Of a DNA stretch of 63,288 bases, positions 8,791 through 21,300 are shown one piece after another. The notes below the pieces were generated by a model, which was not told the DNA's origin, did no database searches, and saw nothing but the letters and a program-made list of their open reading frames with translations. The translations under genes and the position numbers were made by a program. Every line of letters starts with the position of its first letter. Position 1 is the stretch's first letter. The stretch is from a virus (lineage: Duplodnaviria; Caudoviricetes), in the IMG/VR virus record IMGVR_UViG_3300027833_001748, positions 1 to 63,288 of that record, one strand, 5' to 3'.

Positions 8791-11267
8791 TGGCTAACGG
8801 AAATTATTCAAGAACAACTAGTGCTGCAAAAACTGGATTTAAAGATTCAGGACCGTATGAAGCAATTGTTGTTAATAATCTTGATAGTAAATATATGGGC
8901 GGATTAGTTGTAGAACTATTAAAATATACTAGTTCAGGAGGCTCGCCAGAGCGTAGTGGACAATTATTAAATGTAAAATATCTTTCACCATTTTACGGAG
9001 TAACTCCGCATTCAGCAGTTAGTGCTAACGATGGCTATGAACACACACAAAAAAGTTATGGTATGTGGATGGTACCGCCTGATGTAGGAACTAAAGTACT
9101 TGTAATATTTGCTGAAGGAAACACAAATTTTGGATATTGGATAGGTTGTATACCTGCAGATTATATGAACTTTATGGTTCCTGATGGTAGAGCGTCCACT
9201 GAAAATACAACTGGAATAACACCACCTACATTAGCAGGTAGAAAATTACCTGTAGGCGAATACAATAAAGCAATAGAAACTGGATCAAAAGTTGATCCTA
9301 CATTATTTACTAAACCTTATAATAAAGACTTCTCAGAAACATTAGAAATACAAGGTTTAATAAATGACGAAGTTAGAGGAACTACAACTACTAGTGCTAG
9401 AAGAGAAGTTCCAAGTATGGTATTTGGCCTAAGTACGCCTGGTCCTAAAGATAGAAGAGATCAAAGTCCGGTTACTGAAATTGGCACAAAAGGCGAAAAA
9501 ATAGTTACACCATCAAATAGACTAGGCGGTACAAGTTTTGTAATGGATGATGGTGATGAACGCTTTGTACGTGCTACACATGCAGAAGATGGTCCGCCAA
9601 TTTATAAAAATAAAGGCACAGGCGAAGAAGGTGGCGACAGAACTATTCCGCAAAATGAATTAATGCGTATTAGAACTAGAACAGGCCATCAACTGTTAAT
9701 GAACAACAGTGAAGATTTAATTTATATTGGTAATGCTCGTGGAACAACTTGGATAGAAATGACCAGTGATGGTAAAATTGATATCTATGCACATGATAGT
9801 GTTAGTGTTACAACTGATAATGATTTTAATATTGCAGCAGGTCGTGATATAAACATGGAAGCAGGCAGAAATGTTAATATCAAAGCCGCTGGAAAAGCTA
9901 GGGGTGCAGAGAGTGGCAGAGTACAAATTGAATCTAAAGGTAATTTTAATTTACATGTAGGTCAAACTAGTAAAATTACTGTAGGAAAAGACCAACATAT
10001 TAAGGTAGATAGATCGCAATATATAGATACAGGTAAAAACTTACATATTCGTACTAGTGCTGATAATAGATTAACAGCTGACGGCTCAACGCATATTACT
10101 AGTGCTAAAGAACATAGAGAAACAGCAACATATGTACATATGAACGGTCCAACAGCAGCACCTGCAAACAAAGCAGTTGCAGTTGAACCATTACAAACAG
10201 TTACATTGCCTAAAGTTAAGCCAGGCGGATTAATAACTAGTTTTGAAAGTATCCTTACAAGAGCACCACAACACGAACCGTGGCCACATCATGAAAACTC
10301 TAATCCGTTAGCATTTAAGAAAGTTGAAACAGATAGAGAATCACCAGGTCCGCTTCCTAGTTCAGACCGAGTACTTACTCCTGATACATTTAATAAAAAT
10401 ATGCAAGGAAGAACAGCTAGTGGTTATGTGCAAGGTAGTGGAGGAAACATTAGTACAGGACATATTACAAGAGGTCCGGGTAACGGGCAACCACCTGTGC
10501 CACCTGGCGATTATACTAGTGACTTTAACTTTGATCCAGAATTAGGTTCATTGAGTGCTAGATATGAATCAAGAGGAAATCCAGCAACTATTGGTTGGGA
10601 TAGTACAGGCGGCTTTAGTTATGGTACATATCAACTTGCAGCAAACGTAGGTGTAATGAATGAATTCCATGCTTGGTTAGGACGTAATCATGGAGAACTT
10701 GCATCACCGCTATTACAAGCAGGCGGACCAGCAGCAGCAAGAGCAGGCACACCGGCATATAAAGCAGCATGGGCGCAGGTAATGGCAACACCAGAAGGTG
10801 CAGAAGCACAACATCAATATGCAGTAGTTGCATATTATGCCCCAGGTGCAAGACTTATTAAAAATAGAACAAATCTTGATGTAAATGAACGTTCGCTAAC
10901 AGTGCAAAATGTTGTTTGGTCAACAGCTATTCAACATGGTCAAGGCGGCGCACGTAATATATTCCAGAGAGCGTTAGCTGCAATAGGATTTCCGCCAAAT
11001 GAAGTATCATTAACAGAACCAACTGATGCAGCAATAGTTAGAGCAGTATATAGTGAACGCCGTGCTAACAACGGAACTAAGTATTTTAGAAGCAGTACAG
11101 GTGCAGTTAGAACAAGCGTTGTTAACAGATTCCATAATGAAGAAGCAGATGCTCTTAGAAGTTTAGAACAAGAAATTGCAGAAGCACAAGCAAATCCACC
11201 AACGATGGAACCGACAGATAACAGCTCTACAATAAGACCTGTTACGCCACACACCAGCGCACAATAA
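8790..11267 (+). CDS. gp5: Baseplate central spike (gp5/VgrG-like) with C-terminal lysozyme-like muramidase domain
   Basis: OB-fold signature YGMWMVPPDVGTKVLVIF..G...YWIGC, then RTRTGHQLL..N, beta-helix repeats, and C-terminal LGSLSARYES...GGFSYGTYQL. Confidence 0.85.
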   Translation: MANGNYSRTTSAAKTGFKDSGPYEAIVVNNLDSKYMGGLVVELLKYTSSGGSPERSGQLLNVKYLSPFYGVTPHSAVSANDGYEHTQKSYGMWMVPPDVGTKVLVIFAEGNTNFGYWIGCIPADYMNFMVPDGRASTENTTGITPPTLAGRKLPVGEYNKAIETGSKVDPTLFTKPYNKDFSETLEIQGLINDEVRGTTTTSARREVPSMVFGLSTPGPKDRRDQSPVTEIGTKGEKIVTPSNRLGGTSFVMDDGDERFVRATHAEDGPPIYKNKGTGEEGGDRTIPQNELMRIRTRTGHQLLMNNSEDLIYIGNARGTTWIEMTSDGKIDIYAHDSVSVTTDNDFNIAAGRDINMEAGRNVNIKAAGKARGAESGRVQIESKGNFNLHVGQTSKITVGKDQHIKVDRSQYIDTGKNLHIRTSADNRLTADGSTHITSAKEHRETATYVHMNGPTAAPANKAVAVEPLQTVTLPKVKPGGLITSFESILTRAPQHEPWPHHENSNPLAFKKVETDRESPGPLPSSDRVLTPDTFNKNMQGRTASGYVQGSGGNISTGHITRGPGNGQPPVPPGDYTSDFNFDPELGSLSARYESRGNPATIGWDSTGGFSYGTYQLAANVGVMNEFHAWLGRNHGELASPLLQAGGPAAARAGTPAYKAAWAQVMATPEGAEAQHQYAVVAYYAPGARLIKNRTNLDVNERSLTVQNVVWSTAIQHGQGGARNIFQRALAAIGFPPNEVSLTEPTDAAIVRAVYSERRANNGTKYFRSSTGAVRTSVVNRFHNEEADALRSLEQEIAEAQANPPTMEPTDNSSTIRPVTPHTSAQ

Positions 11268-11271
11268 GGGG

Positions 11272-11277
11272 TAAATA
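11272..11277 (+). promoter_or_regulatory. Putative late promoter (TAAATA) before gp25
   Basis: GTAAATATAGT in a 14-nt intergenic gap; ATG starts 5 nt after the motif. Confidence 0.55.
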
Positions 11278-11281
11278 TAGT

Positions 11282-11716
11282 ATGAGCCAATTAGAAAAAA
11301 ATTTATATAAACGAGTAACTGTACAGCAACCTGTGCAAACAGCTAATACAGGTAGAAAATACAGAGGTTTTTCAACTATTGCAGACGCTAAAAGTTTTAG
11401 TGTTTACGACTTTGAGCTCATTAAACAAGACTTAATTAACCATTTTCATATCCGCCAAACAGAAAAACTAAGCGATCCTACGTTTGGTACTATTATTTGG
11501 GATATGCTCTACGAACCATTTACAGTTGATGTACAAGAAGCAATTATTGAAGATGTAACTAAAATTATCAATTACGATCCTAGAATCAAAGCAGATAATA
11601 TTGTAATTGATACTTATGAGCAAGGCATCCAAGTTGATTGTACTATAAGTGTTCTTCCATTTGGAATAACGGATCAATTGCGGTTCAAATTTGATAAAGA
11701 AAACGGACTTTTATAA
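11282..11716 (+). CDS. gp25: Baseplate wedge / sheath initiator (gp25-like)
   Basis: DLINHFHIRQTEKLSDPTFGTIIWDMLYEP...YDPRI, the gpW/gp25 family pattern. Confidence 0.9.
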   Translation: MSQLEKNLYKRVTVQQPVQTANTGRKYRGFSTIADAKSFSVYDFELIKQDLINHFHIRQTEKLSDPTFGTIIWDMLYEPFTVDVQEAIIEDVTKIINYDPRIKADNIVIDTYEQGIQVDCTISVLPFGITDQLRFKFDKENGLL

Positions 11717-11750
11717 GTACAGAATTAAATACGCACTTTTTCCTTTCAGC

Positions 11751-11756
11751 TAAATA
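11751..11756 (+). promoter_or_regulatory. Putative late promoter (TAAATA) before gp6
   Basis: CTAAATATTAGT; a second TAAATA at 11726-11731 in the same gap. Confidence 0.65.
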
Positions 11757-11779
11757 TTAGTATAAACAAGGAAACGCAT

Positions 11780-14700
11780 ATGTCTGCAAATGATAGACAG
11801 TCAAGGTTATTAGTAGCTGAGGACTGGAAAAGAATTTACCAATCATTCCGTAACGCTGATTTTCAAAGTTATGACTTTGATAATTTACGCCGTACGATGA
11901 TCAATTACCTACGTCAAAATTATCCAGAAGATTTTAATGATTATATTGAATCGAGTGAATATCTTGCGTTAATTGATATGATTGCTTTCCTTGGGCAAAA
12001 CCTATCATTCCGTATTGATTTAAATGCACGTGAAAACTTCCTTGAAACAGCAGAACGCAGAGAAAGTGTACTACGTCTAGCACGTATGTTATCATATAAC
12101 CCAAGACGTAATCAAGCAGCAAATGGTCTACTTAAATTTGATACAATCAAAACTACAGAAAATCTTCTAGATTCCAATGGGTTAAATTTAGCAGGACTTA
12201 CAATAAAATGGAATGATCAAACAAATTCATCTTATTTTGAGCAGTTTGTTAAAATTCTAAATTCAGCATTACCACTATCAAACTCAATTGGCAATCCTTT
12301 AAAGTCTGCATTAATTGCAGATGTACAAACACAAAAATATAGATTAAATGCTTCTAATACTGGACAAGCAATTTACCCGTTTACTAAAAGAGTTGAAGGC
12401 GTAAGCACCCGTTTTGAAGTAGTAAGTACTGATATAACTGGCGAAAGTATTTTAGAAGAAGCACCATTGCCGGGTAATAGCCCAGCATTTTTATTCCGTG
12501 ATGACGGATCCGGTGCCGGCAGTGCTAACACTGGTTTCTTTATGCATTTCCGTCAAGGTAAATTAGAAACAGGTAACTTTAATGTTGCAAATCCGACACC
12601 AAATCAGTCAGTACAGATTGATGCTGAAAACATTAATGATAGTGATATTTGGTTATTTGCTCTAAACAGTGCAGGATTTGAAAGTAATGAATGGACTAAA
12701 ATTGATGCTGTAGAAGGTAACAATGTTATCTACAATAGTTTGTTTAATAAAACTAGAGATGTATTTGCAGTAACAACACGTATTGGTGATAGAATTAACT
12801 TAGTGTTTAGTGACGGTGTATTTGGTAATTTACCAGCAGGAAACTTTAGATCATATTATAGAACTAGTAATAATATGCGTAGTGTAATTACTCCAAGTGC
12901 AATTAATACAGTAAGTATTGATATTCCTTATCAATCAAGAAACGGTTCGCAACAAACTCTTACTGTTGGACTTAAATTAAACTACACAGTTAGTAATGGT
13001 GCACCTGCAGAAACTAATACAGAAATTAAACAAAATGCTCCAGCAACATATTATACACAAAATAGATTAGTTACAGGCGAAGATTACAATATTGGACCTC
13101 TTGCAATTAGTCAAAATATTATTAAAACTAAAAGTTCAAATAGAATTTCAAGCGGTATCAGTAGATTCTTTGATCTAAAAGATGCTAGTGGAAAATATTC
13201 AAACACTAGTTTGTTTGCAGATGACGGAGTAATCTACAAAGAAGAATTTACTGAAAAACAGACATTTACATTCAATACTCAAACAGATATTGAAGGTGTT
13301 ATATACAATACTATTGAAAGTATTTTAGGCAATATTAATTCACAAAATTTCTATCTTGCAAAATATCCTAAAATTATTGTTAGTGACCTTAATGCAACAT
13401 GGACACAATCAGCTACAAGTACAAACCAAACATTAGGTTTGTTTAATGATATTGATAGTAATGCATATACTGTAGGGACGTTTACTGCTAATAGTTTAAG
13501 ATTATTAGAAGCAGGATCAATGTTGAAATTTGTTGCACCTGCTGGCAAACATTTTATGCCAAGCGGTATATTAATGGATGATGGTACCATCGGTGACCAT
13601 TTAGGTAAGACAAGTTACAAATGGTGCAAAGTTATATCTGTAACCGGCAACGGTACAATAATTGACGAAGCTGGATTAGCACCAATTGTGTTAAATGATG
13701 TTATACCGACAGGTGCTATATTAGAACAAATTGTGCCAAACTTTTCTAGAGCATTAATTAACGATATTAAAATAGAATTAATTGACCAAACATTTGAATA
13801 TAAAGATTTTGCTCTTAGATATGATCAATATGACAGACAGTGGAAAATGGTATTAGCAGAAGATATTAATACACTTAATAATTTTGCCACAGGTAAAGCA
13901 GGCGATAATACAGGTGAAAATCTAGATGCAAGTTGGATGTTATACTTTAAGACTGATGGCGAAAAATATACAATAACATATCGTAATTTACGCTATGTAA
14001 TGGAAAGTGCAGATGAAATTAGATTCTTCTTTGATGCTGCTGATAAAATTTATGATCCAGCGACTGGACAAATTGTTAGAGATAAAATCAATATTTTAAA
14101 CATTAACCGTAAACCAGGTGAGCTATCACCGTTCACAAGAGATTTTGGATGGACAATTACAGATGCATATAGAGATTCAGAAGGTTATTTAGACAGCCGT
14201 AAAATACAAGTTCAATTTATTGATCTTGACGATGATGGCATAGTTGACGATCCAACAATATTTGAACAAATTGTTGGTGAAGAAGATGCTACTATTGATA
14301 CAGAAGATAAACTAATATTTCAAAAGAAATATACAACCACAGACGGCGTAGAAGATTTTAAATATTTTTCAAATCCTATTACTAATACTGTTCCAGAAAT
14401 AGTTATAGTTCAAAACGAAGCTGCAATTGTACCTTATAGTTCACGTTTAGAAGGCCAAATATTTTACTTAATTGACGAAGACATTTTTAGAAAATTAAAT
14501 AAAGCACTAAACAATACAACAATCAATACTGATTATAAAGCCTACTTTGGTCGTGCGGATCTAAAATTCCATTATACGCATGTTGCAGATAGTGGTTATA
14601 GAATTGATCCAAGTGCAAGTAATATTATAGATACTTACATATTAACTAAAACTTATGATACACAAGTTAAACAATATATTGCAGGATCAATTAATGTTAA

Positions 14701-15322
14701 GCCAAAACCACCTAGCAACGACGAATTGTTTAGAAGTTACGGATCAGAAATAAACAAAATTAAAAGTTTAAGTGACGAATTAATATATCATCCTGTAAAG
14801 TATAAAATTTTATTTGGTGATAAAGCACCAGCAGATTTACAAGTTAAATTTAAAATTGTTAAAAATACTAATATGGTTATTAATGATAATGAGCTCAAAT
14901 CTAATATTATTGAAGCTATTAATAAATTCTTTGATATTGAAAACTGGGACTTTGGAGAAACTTTTTACTTCCAAGAACTTAGTGCCTATATCATAAACCA
15001 GCTGTCTCCAAAACTGGTAAGTATACTAATAGTACCGCGCCAAACTACACAATCGTTTGGTAGCTTATTTGAAATAAAGAGTGAACCAGATGAAATATTT
15101 GCAAGTGCTGCTAAAGTGACCGATATTGAAACAATTGATCAATTAACAGCAACTAACTTACAAGCAAGCGGCACAATAATAAATCAAGTGTCAACTAGTA
15201 CAATAGCAGGGATTACAAGCAGTGCATCAACAAGTACAAGTACAACAACTACCACTACACCAAGTAGTGGATCAAGTGGCAGTTCAAGCAGCAGTTCAAA
15301 CGGTGGAGGCTATAGTTACTAA
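11780..15322 (+). CDS. gp6: Baseplate wedge subunit (gp6-like)
   Basis: YDFDNLR...FNDYIESSE...ENFLETAERRESVLRLARMLSYNP; FSDGVFGNLP; APATYYTQNRLVTGEDY. Confidence 0.9.
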   Translation: MSANDRQSRLLVAEDWKRIYQSFRNADFQSYDFDNLRRTMINYLRQNYPEDFNDYIESSEYLALIDMIAFLGQNLSFRIDLNARENFLETAERRESVLRLARMLSYNPRRNQAANGLLKFDTIKTTENLLDSNGLNLAGLTIKWNDQTNSSYFEQFVKILNSALPLSNSIGNPLKSALIADVQTQKYRLNASNTGQAIYPFTKRVEGVSTRFEVVSTDITGESILEEAPLPGNSPAFLFRDDGSGAGSANTGFFMHFRQGKLETGNFNVANPTPNQSVQIDAENINDSDIWLFALNSAGFESNEWTKIDAVEGNNVIYNSLFNKTRDVFAVTTRIGDRINLVFSDGVFGNLPAGNFRSYYRTSNNMRSVITPSAINTVSIDIPYQSRNGSQQTLTVGLKLNYTVSNGAPAETNTEIKQNAPATYYTQNRLVTGEDYNIGPLAISQNIIKTKSSNRISSGISRFFDLKDASGKYSNTSLFADDGVIYKEEFTEKQTFTFNTQTDIEGVIYNTIESILGNINSQNFYLAKYPKIIVSDLNATWTQSATSTNQTLGLFNDIDSNAYTVGTFTANSLRLLEAGSMLKFVAPAGKHFMPSGILMDDGTIGDHLGKTSYKWCKVISVTGNGTIIDEAGLAPIVLNDVIPTGAILEQIVPNFSRALINDIKIELIDQTFEYKDFALRYDQYDRQWKMVLAEDINTLNNFATGKAGDNTGENLDASWMLYFKTDGEKYTITYRNLRYVMESADEIRFFFDAADKIYDPATGQIVRDKINILNINRKPGELSPFTRDFGWTITDAYRDSEGYLDSRKIQVQFIDLDDDGIVDDPTIFEQIVGEEDATIDTEDKLIFQKKYTTTDGVEDFKYFSNPITNTVPEIVIVQNEAAIVPYSSRLEGQIFYLIDEDIFRKLNKALNNTTINTDYKAYFGRADLKFHYTHVADSGYRIDPSASNIIDTYILTKTYDTQVKQYIAGSINVKPKPPSNDELFRSYGSEINKIKSLSDELIYHPVKYKILFGDKAPADLQVKFKIVKNTNMVINDNELKSNIIEAINKFFDIENWDFGETFYFQELSAYIINQLSPKLVSILIVPRQTTQSFGSLFEIKSEPDEIFASAAKVTDIETIDQLTATNLQASGTIINQVSTSTIAGITSSASTSTSTTTTTTPSSGSSGSSSSSSNGGGYSY

Positions 15323-18300
15323 TGGCTAAGAATGATCAAAACGAAAGTGCATTGCCAGTACCGGGGCAAAATAATAAAATTACATCAAGTGATTTTTTAC
15401 CTAAGTTCTTTAGAACACAGGCTAACAAAAAGTTTTTACAAGGTACACTTGATCAACTTATACAACCCGGCGTTGCTGAAAAGATTAATGGATATTATGG
15501 TAGAACAACTGCTAAAGCATTTAAAACTACAGACAATTATGTAAATGATGTAACAGCAGATAGAACTAATTATCAATTAGAGCCTTCTACTGTTATTAAA
15601 GATGTATACAACAACGTAACTTTTTATAAAGATTATAATGATTATGTTGGACAATTAAATGTATTTGGAGCAAACACTTCTAACCATAGTAGACTAAACG
15701 GTCAAGAAACATATGCATGGAACCCAAATATTGATTGGGATAAATTTGTAAACTTTCGTGAATATTACTGGATGCCAAATGGTCCTATTAGTATTCCTGT
15801 AAGAGGACAAAGCAGAGAAGTTGTTAGTACATATACTGTTACAACTGAAGACCAAGGCGATAATATTGCTTATGTATTTAATGATGGATTAACACGCAAT
15901 CCTAATTTAAAACTATACCGTGGACAAACATACCGCTTTGAAATTAATGCTCCTGGACACCCAATGGCAATTGCTATTAGTAGAACATTTACTCCTGGCA
16001 GTGCAATTTTAACAGCAGGTACACAAGGACTTAGAGCAAGTGGATTATTTGATGCAGTATTATACGGCAACGAATATGACCAAGGTGAATTTATTATTCT
16101 TCCAAGTGGCGGCAGTGTTACTTTTGCAGATGACGATAATGTTTCAACATTATATCCAGACGGAATTCGTAAGTTAGGTGAAGAAGGCGAAGAAGTAGCA
16201 ATTGCTTATATTGAAAAAGGCACTATTGAATTTACTATTCCTGTTAATGCACCTGACAGATTATATTATATTAGTAAGAATGCAGTAGATACTAGTGGTC
16301 AAATTAGAATCTATGACATTGAAGAAAATGCATTCCTAGATGTTGGTGAAGACATTTTAGGTAAAAAAACATACAAAAGTGCTAACGGCGTAGAATTATC
16401 AAATGGAATGAAAATTAAGTTCCAGGGCGATGTATTACCTAATGATTATGAACAAAATGATTGGTATGTAGAAGGCGTTGGAGATAAGATTAAATTAATT
16501 AAAGATAAAAATTTAATTATCCCAGCTGCATATAGTGATACAAAACGTATTGCATTTGATAGTGATAGTTTTGATACATTACCATTCTCAGATGCTACAG
16601 CAAATGCAACAAACAAAGATTACATTGTTGTTAATAGAGCATCTCCTGATAGAAATGCTTGGAGTCGTTATAACAGATGGCACCATAAAGATGTAATTCA
16701 AAAAAGTTTTGAACTTAACCATATACCGGTAGTAGTTGACGAGTCAACTAGAGCTAAACGTCCTATTATTGAATTTGAAGCAGGACTAAAATTAGATAAC
16801 TTTGGTGCTATTGCTAAACAAGATGTTGATTTAGTAGATACATTTACTAAAGACGTCTTTAGTACAATTGAAGGTCAAATTGGTTATAACATTGATGGTA
16901 TTAATCTAGCAGATAATATGCGTATCTTGTTTACAGCAGATACTGACGCATTAGTTAGTGGTAAAATTTATCAAGTTAAATTTGTTAAAATTGCAAACAA
17001 CAGACAGATTAGTTTAATTGAAACTACAGATACATTACCAATTGATTTAGAAACAGTATTAGTTACACAGGGTGTAAAAAATGCAGGTAAAAGTTATCAT
17101 TACCACGGTGATAAATGGACAGCAGCACAAGAAAAAACTGCACGTAACCAAGCACCGTCATTTGAAGTTTTTGACTCCAATACAAATAGTTTTAGTGATA
17201 TTGCATTTTATCCGTCAACAACATTTAAAGGTACTAAGTTATTTTCATATGCAGAAGGTGAAGGTACTGTAGATACTGAATTAGGTTTTCCATTAGCTTA
17301 TAAGTCTATTGAAAACTCGGGTGATATTGTTTTTGATTTTAATTTATTAAATGATACATTTACATACCAAAGTGAAACTGAGTTATTTTCACAAAGTATT
17401 TGTAGCGGATATTTAAAGAAATATTCAACACTTACAAAGTTTTCATATGTAAACGGTTTTAGTAGCACTCCGTCAAATAGTAAACAGTTTGTTATACAAG
17501 AATACGCAGCAACAGAAATTGAATTGCAAAAATTTAAAATTGATGTTTATGAAAACTCAAGTTCTGTAACTGATTTAAAAGTTGTTGTTTTTGTTAATAA
17601 TAAATTAAAGTTAATTGATACTGATTATACAATTGATAAAACTGCACAAGATGCTGTTGTTGTATTTAATACAGCATTAGAAGCAAATGATGTTGTTAAA
17701 ATTAAAACAGATTCTAAAACTAACAAAAATAAAAATGGATACTATGAATTTCCATATAACTTAGAACGCAATCCGTTAAATGACGATGTTAATCAATTTA
17801 CATTAGGCGAAGTAATTGACCACGTTGATAGTATGTTGGAAGATATACCAGGTTATACTGGTGAATACTTAGGTATAAGTAACTTGCGTGATTTAGGAGA
17901 TTTAGATCGCTTTGGTAAAAGATTTGTAAAACATAGTGGACCAATTAACTTACCATTGTACCATACTACAAATAAGTCATATAATATTGTAAAAGCAATA
18001 TCTTATTCACAAAAAGAATATTCAAGATATAAGAAAACATTTTTAGATACTGCTGCTAATTTAGGCTACGATGGCCCTACAAAGGCACACGTAGATCTTG
18101 TTATAAAAACTATCAATAGAGATAAAATAAAATCACAGCCGTTTTACTTCTCGGATATGATTGCAACTGGAGCATCTAACAAAATTGAATATACTGTTCT
18201 TGATGCAAGAACAACTGAATATCCAATTACTGATAATTTTAATTTATCAACACTAACATCACAAAGTGTAATTGTTTATTTAAATGGTGTGCAGTTAGTA

Positions 18301-21300
18301 CACCAAAAAGATTACAACTTCAATATTGCAGGATATGTTTCAATTGATGCTAACCAAGTTGAAAATGATAAAATTGAAATCCACGAGTATGCAAATACTG
18401 ACGGAAGTTTTATTGCTCCAACACCAACTAAATTAGGACTATATCCAAAGTATTATCCTGAACTAACAATAGATGATACTGTATTAGGTAAAGAGCCGGA
18501 AACATTTGGACCGTTTAAGATTTATGGACAAGATGATATCACTGGAAATAGAGGTTGGTTTTATCCTGTATACACAACTAAAAGTGCAGCAGGTACAGGG
18601 ACACTTTCGACATCACATACATTTACAGGATTTAATAAATTATTTTATATTCCTGTAGCAGATTCAACACTTGGTGGTATTGACGACATTGAAGTAGATG
18701 AATATCCAATTGGTGTTGCATTTATTAAAGGACATGATGGTAGCTATACTAGAGCATATCAAGACTTTAGAGATGAGTTATTATTAGAACTTGAAAAAAG
18801 AATATTTAATAATATTAAAGTAGAATACTCATCTGATAGATTAAATGTTGATACATTTACCGGCGGTGAATTTAGAGTTAATGAATTCTCTAAAGCTGAA
18901 GTAGATAACACATTGTTAGGAAATTTCCAAAGATGGTTAATAGAAAATTTAAATAATCAAACATATACTAATAACACATTTTATGACAGGACTAATAATT
19001 GGTCATTTAATTATGCAGATACTACATCACCAGATGGTAATACTAATCCAGGCTTCTGGAGAGGTATGTATGTTAGAGCATTTGACACAGATCGTCCACA
19101 TAGTCATCCTTGGGAAATGTTAGGAATAACATCTAAGCCAAATTGGTGGAATAAAGTTTATGGACCAGCACCGTATACAGGTGACAATTTAGTACTTTGG
19201 AAAGACCTTGAACAAGGAAAAATTGCAGACCCAACTAATACACGTATTGATCTTAACTATTCTCGCCCTGGTCTAACTAGCTTTATTCCAGTTGATAGTA
19301 ATGGTAAACTTTTATCACCATTAGATAGTAGATATGCAAAAAACTTTGATATAAGAAATGCAACTAGAAACTTTGCATTTGGAGATCATGCACCGATTGA
19401 AAATGCATGGCGTAGAAGTTCAGATTATCCTTTTGCAATATTAAATGCAATGTTGCTAAACAAGCCTGCAAAAACAATGAGCTTAGGTTTTGATGTTTCA
19501 AGAATTAAGAAAAATTTATCAAATCAATGGGTAGATGTAGATACAAATAAACCTATTGTTATTAAAGACCTAACATTACCAAATACTTTTGATGCTGCTA
19601 CAAGAACATCAACAGCTGGACTTGTAAACTACATTTACAACTTAACAGCAAGCGATATATTAACAGTATACAATGCTTACAAATCAGATTTATCTGCAAT
19701 ATCAAACCAAATAGGTATTAAAATTGCAGGATTTACAAGCAAAGAAAAATTTAATTTAATACTAGATAGTAGATCTCCGACACAGTCGTTAACACAAGAC
19801 GGCATATTTGTACCACAGGAAAATTATCAAGTATTTCTAAATACAAGTAGCCCAAATGAACTAGCAGTTTACAGCGGAATAGTTATAGAACGTGCTGAAC
19901 TAGGTTATATAATACGAGGTTATAATTTAGAAAAACCATACTTTGAATATTATGAAGCACTTGAAGGATCAACAGCAAGTACAGTAACAGTAGGCGGCAT
20001 TTCAGAAAAAGTAGTTCCGTGGGATACTAATAAAGATTACCTAAGCGGCGAAGTAATTATGCATAATAATGTATATTATAGAGTTATTAATTCGTTTAAA
20101 AGTAGTGTAGTTTTTGAAACAGATGACATAGTTAAATTACCAAACTTACCTTTAACCGGCGGCAGAACTGCTCAGTTTAAGAAGGATTTTGATAATAAAC
20201 TTAGAACGTTACAGTATGGAACACGCATTAATTCAGCACAAGAAGTAGTTGATTTTATTTTAGGATATGACCAAAGACAAAAAGAAATAGGCTTTGAATT
20301 TAACAATGTTATTGAAGGTTCAAACGAAGTTGAAAATTGGAACCAAGCAGCAAAACAGTTTTTATTCTGGACAACACAAGGTTGGGCAAACAGCTCAATA
20401 ATTGCAGTAAGTCCGGCAGCTAACTTATTAGAGTTTAAAAGAGACTTTTATATAGTAGATAATATAAAAGATGAATTTTACGGTTATAGTATTTTTAAAG
20501 CAGACGGTAATTTCTTAGATTCAGATTTTAACAGTTTATTAAGAGACCAAAATAGTTTTGGTATTGAAACAGTAGGTACTGATGAAGGATTATATCATGC
20601 ATCGTTACCGTTAGTCCAAAAAGAACATGTTGTTTTAATTGACAATACTACAGATTTTAACGATACAATTTACAATCCAAGTACTGGGTATAGACAAGAA
20701 CGTATAAAAGTAAACGGATACAGATCAGATAATTGGAATGGTGGATTAAACATTCCTGGGTTTGTTTATGATGATGCAACATTTACTGATTGGACTGCTT
20801 GGAAAGATTATAGTATTGGCGATATTGTAAAATACAAACAATTTTATTATGTAGCAACATCTAATTCTACAGGTACACAAACTTTTAATAGTAACCTTTG
20901 GTATAGACTAAATGAAAAACCAACATCGGAACTAGTAACTAACTTTGATTATAGAATTTCACAGTTTACTGATTTTTATGATTTAGATTCAGATAGTTTT
21001 GATATAGAACAGCAAAAAATGGCTCAGCATTTAATAGGCTATCAAAAACGCCAGTACCTTGCTAATATTATTAATGATGACGTAAGTCAATTTAAGTTCT
21101 ATAGAGGCGCTATTGCAGATAAAGGTACAATGAATGTGTTTACTAAGTTGTTTGATGCACTTGGTAATACTGCTGATAATTTAGAATTTTATGAAGAATG
21201 GGCAATACAAGTTGGTCGTTTTGGTGCAGTTGATGATGTACAACAAGTAGAATATAACTTAAAACAAGATAAAATGCAAGAGTCTCCACAATCAGTTGAG

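Noticed and set aside
14997-15060. Two small hairpins (ACCAG/CTGGT and CCAAAC/GTTTGG) with atypical codons near the gp6 3' end
   Set aside because: Stems of 5-6 bp are expected by chance; covariation evidence would be needed.
3240-15322. Bacterial T6SS or extracellular contractile injection system
   Set aside because: It is flanked by gp55/gp47/gp46, has late-promoter motifs and phage tail fibres, and shows no T6SS membrane complex or ClpV. This is a phage tail operon.
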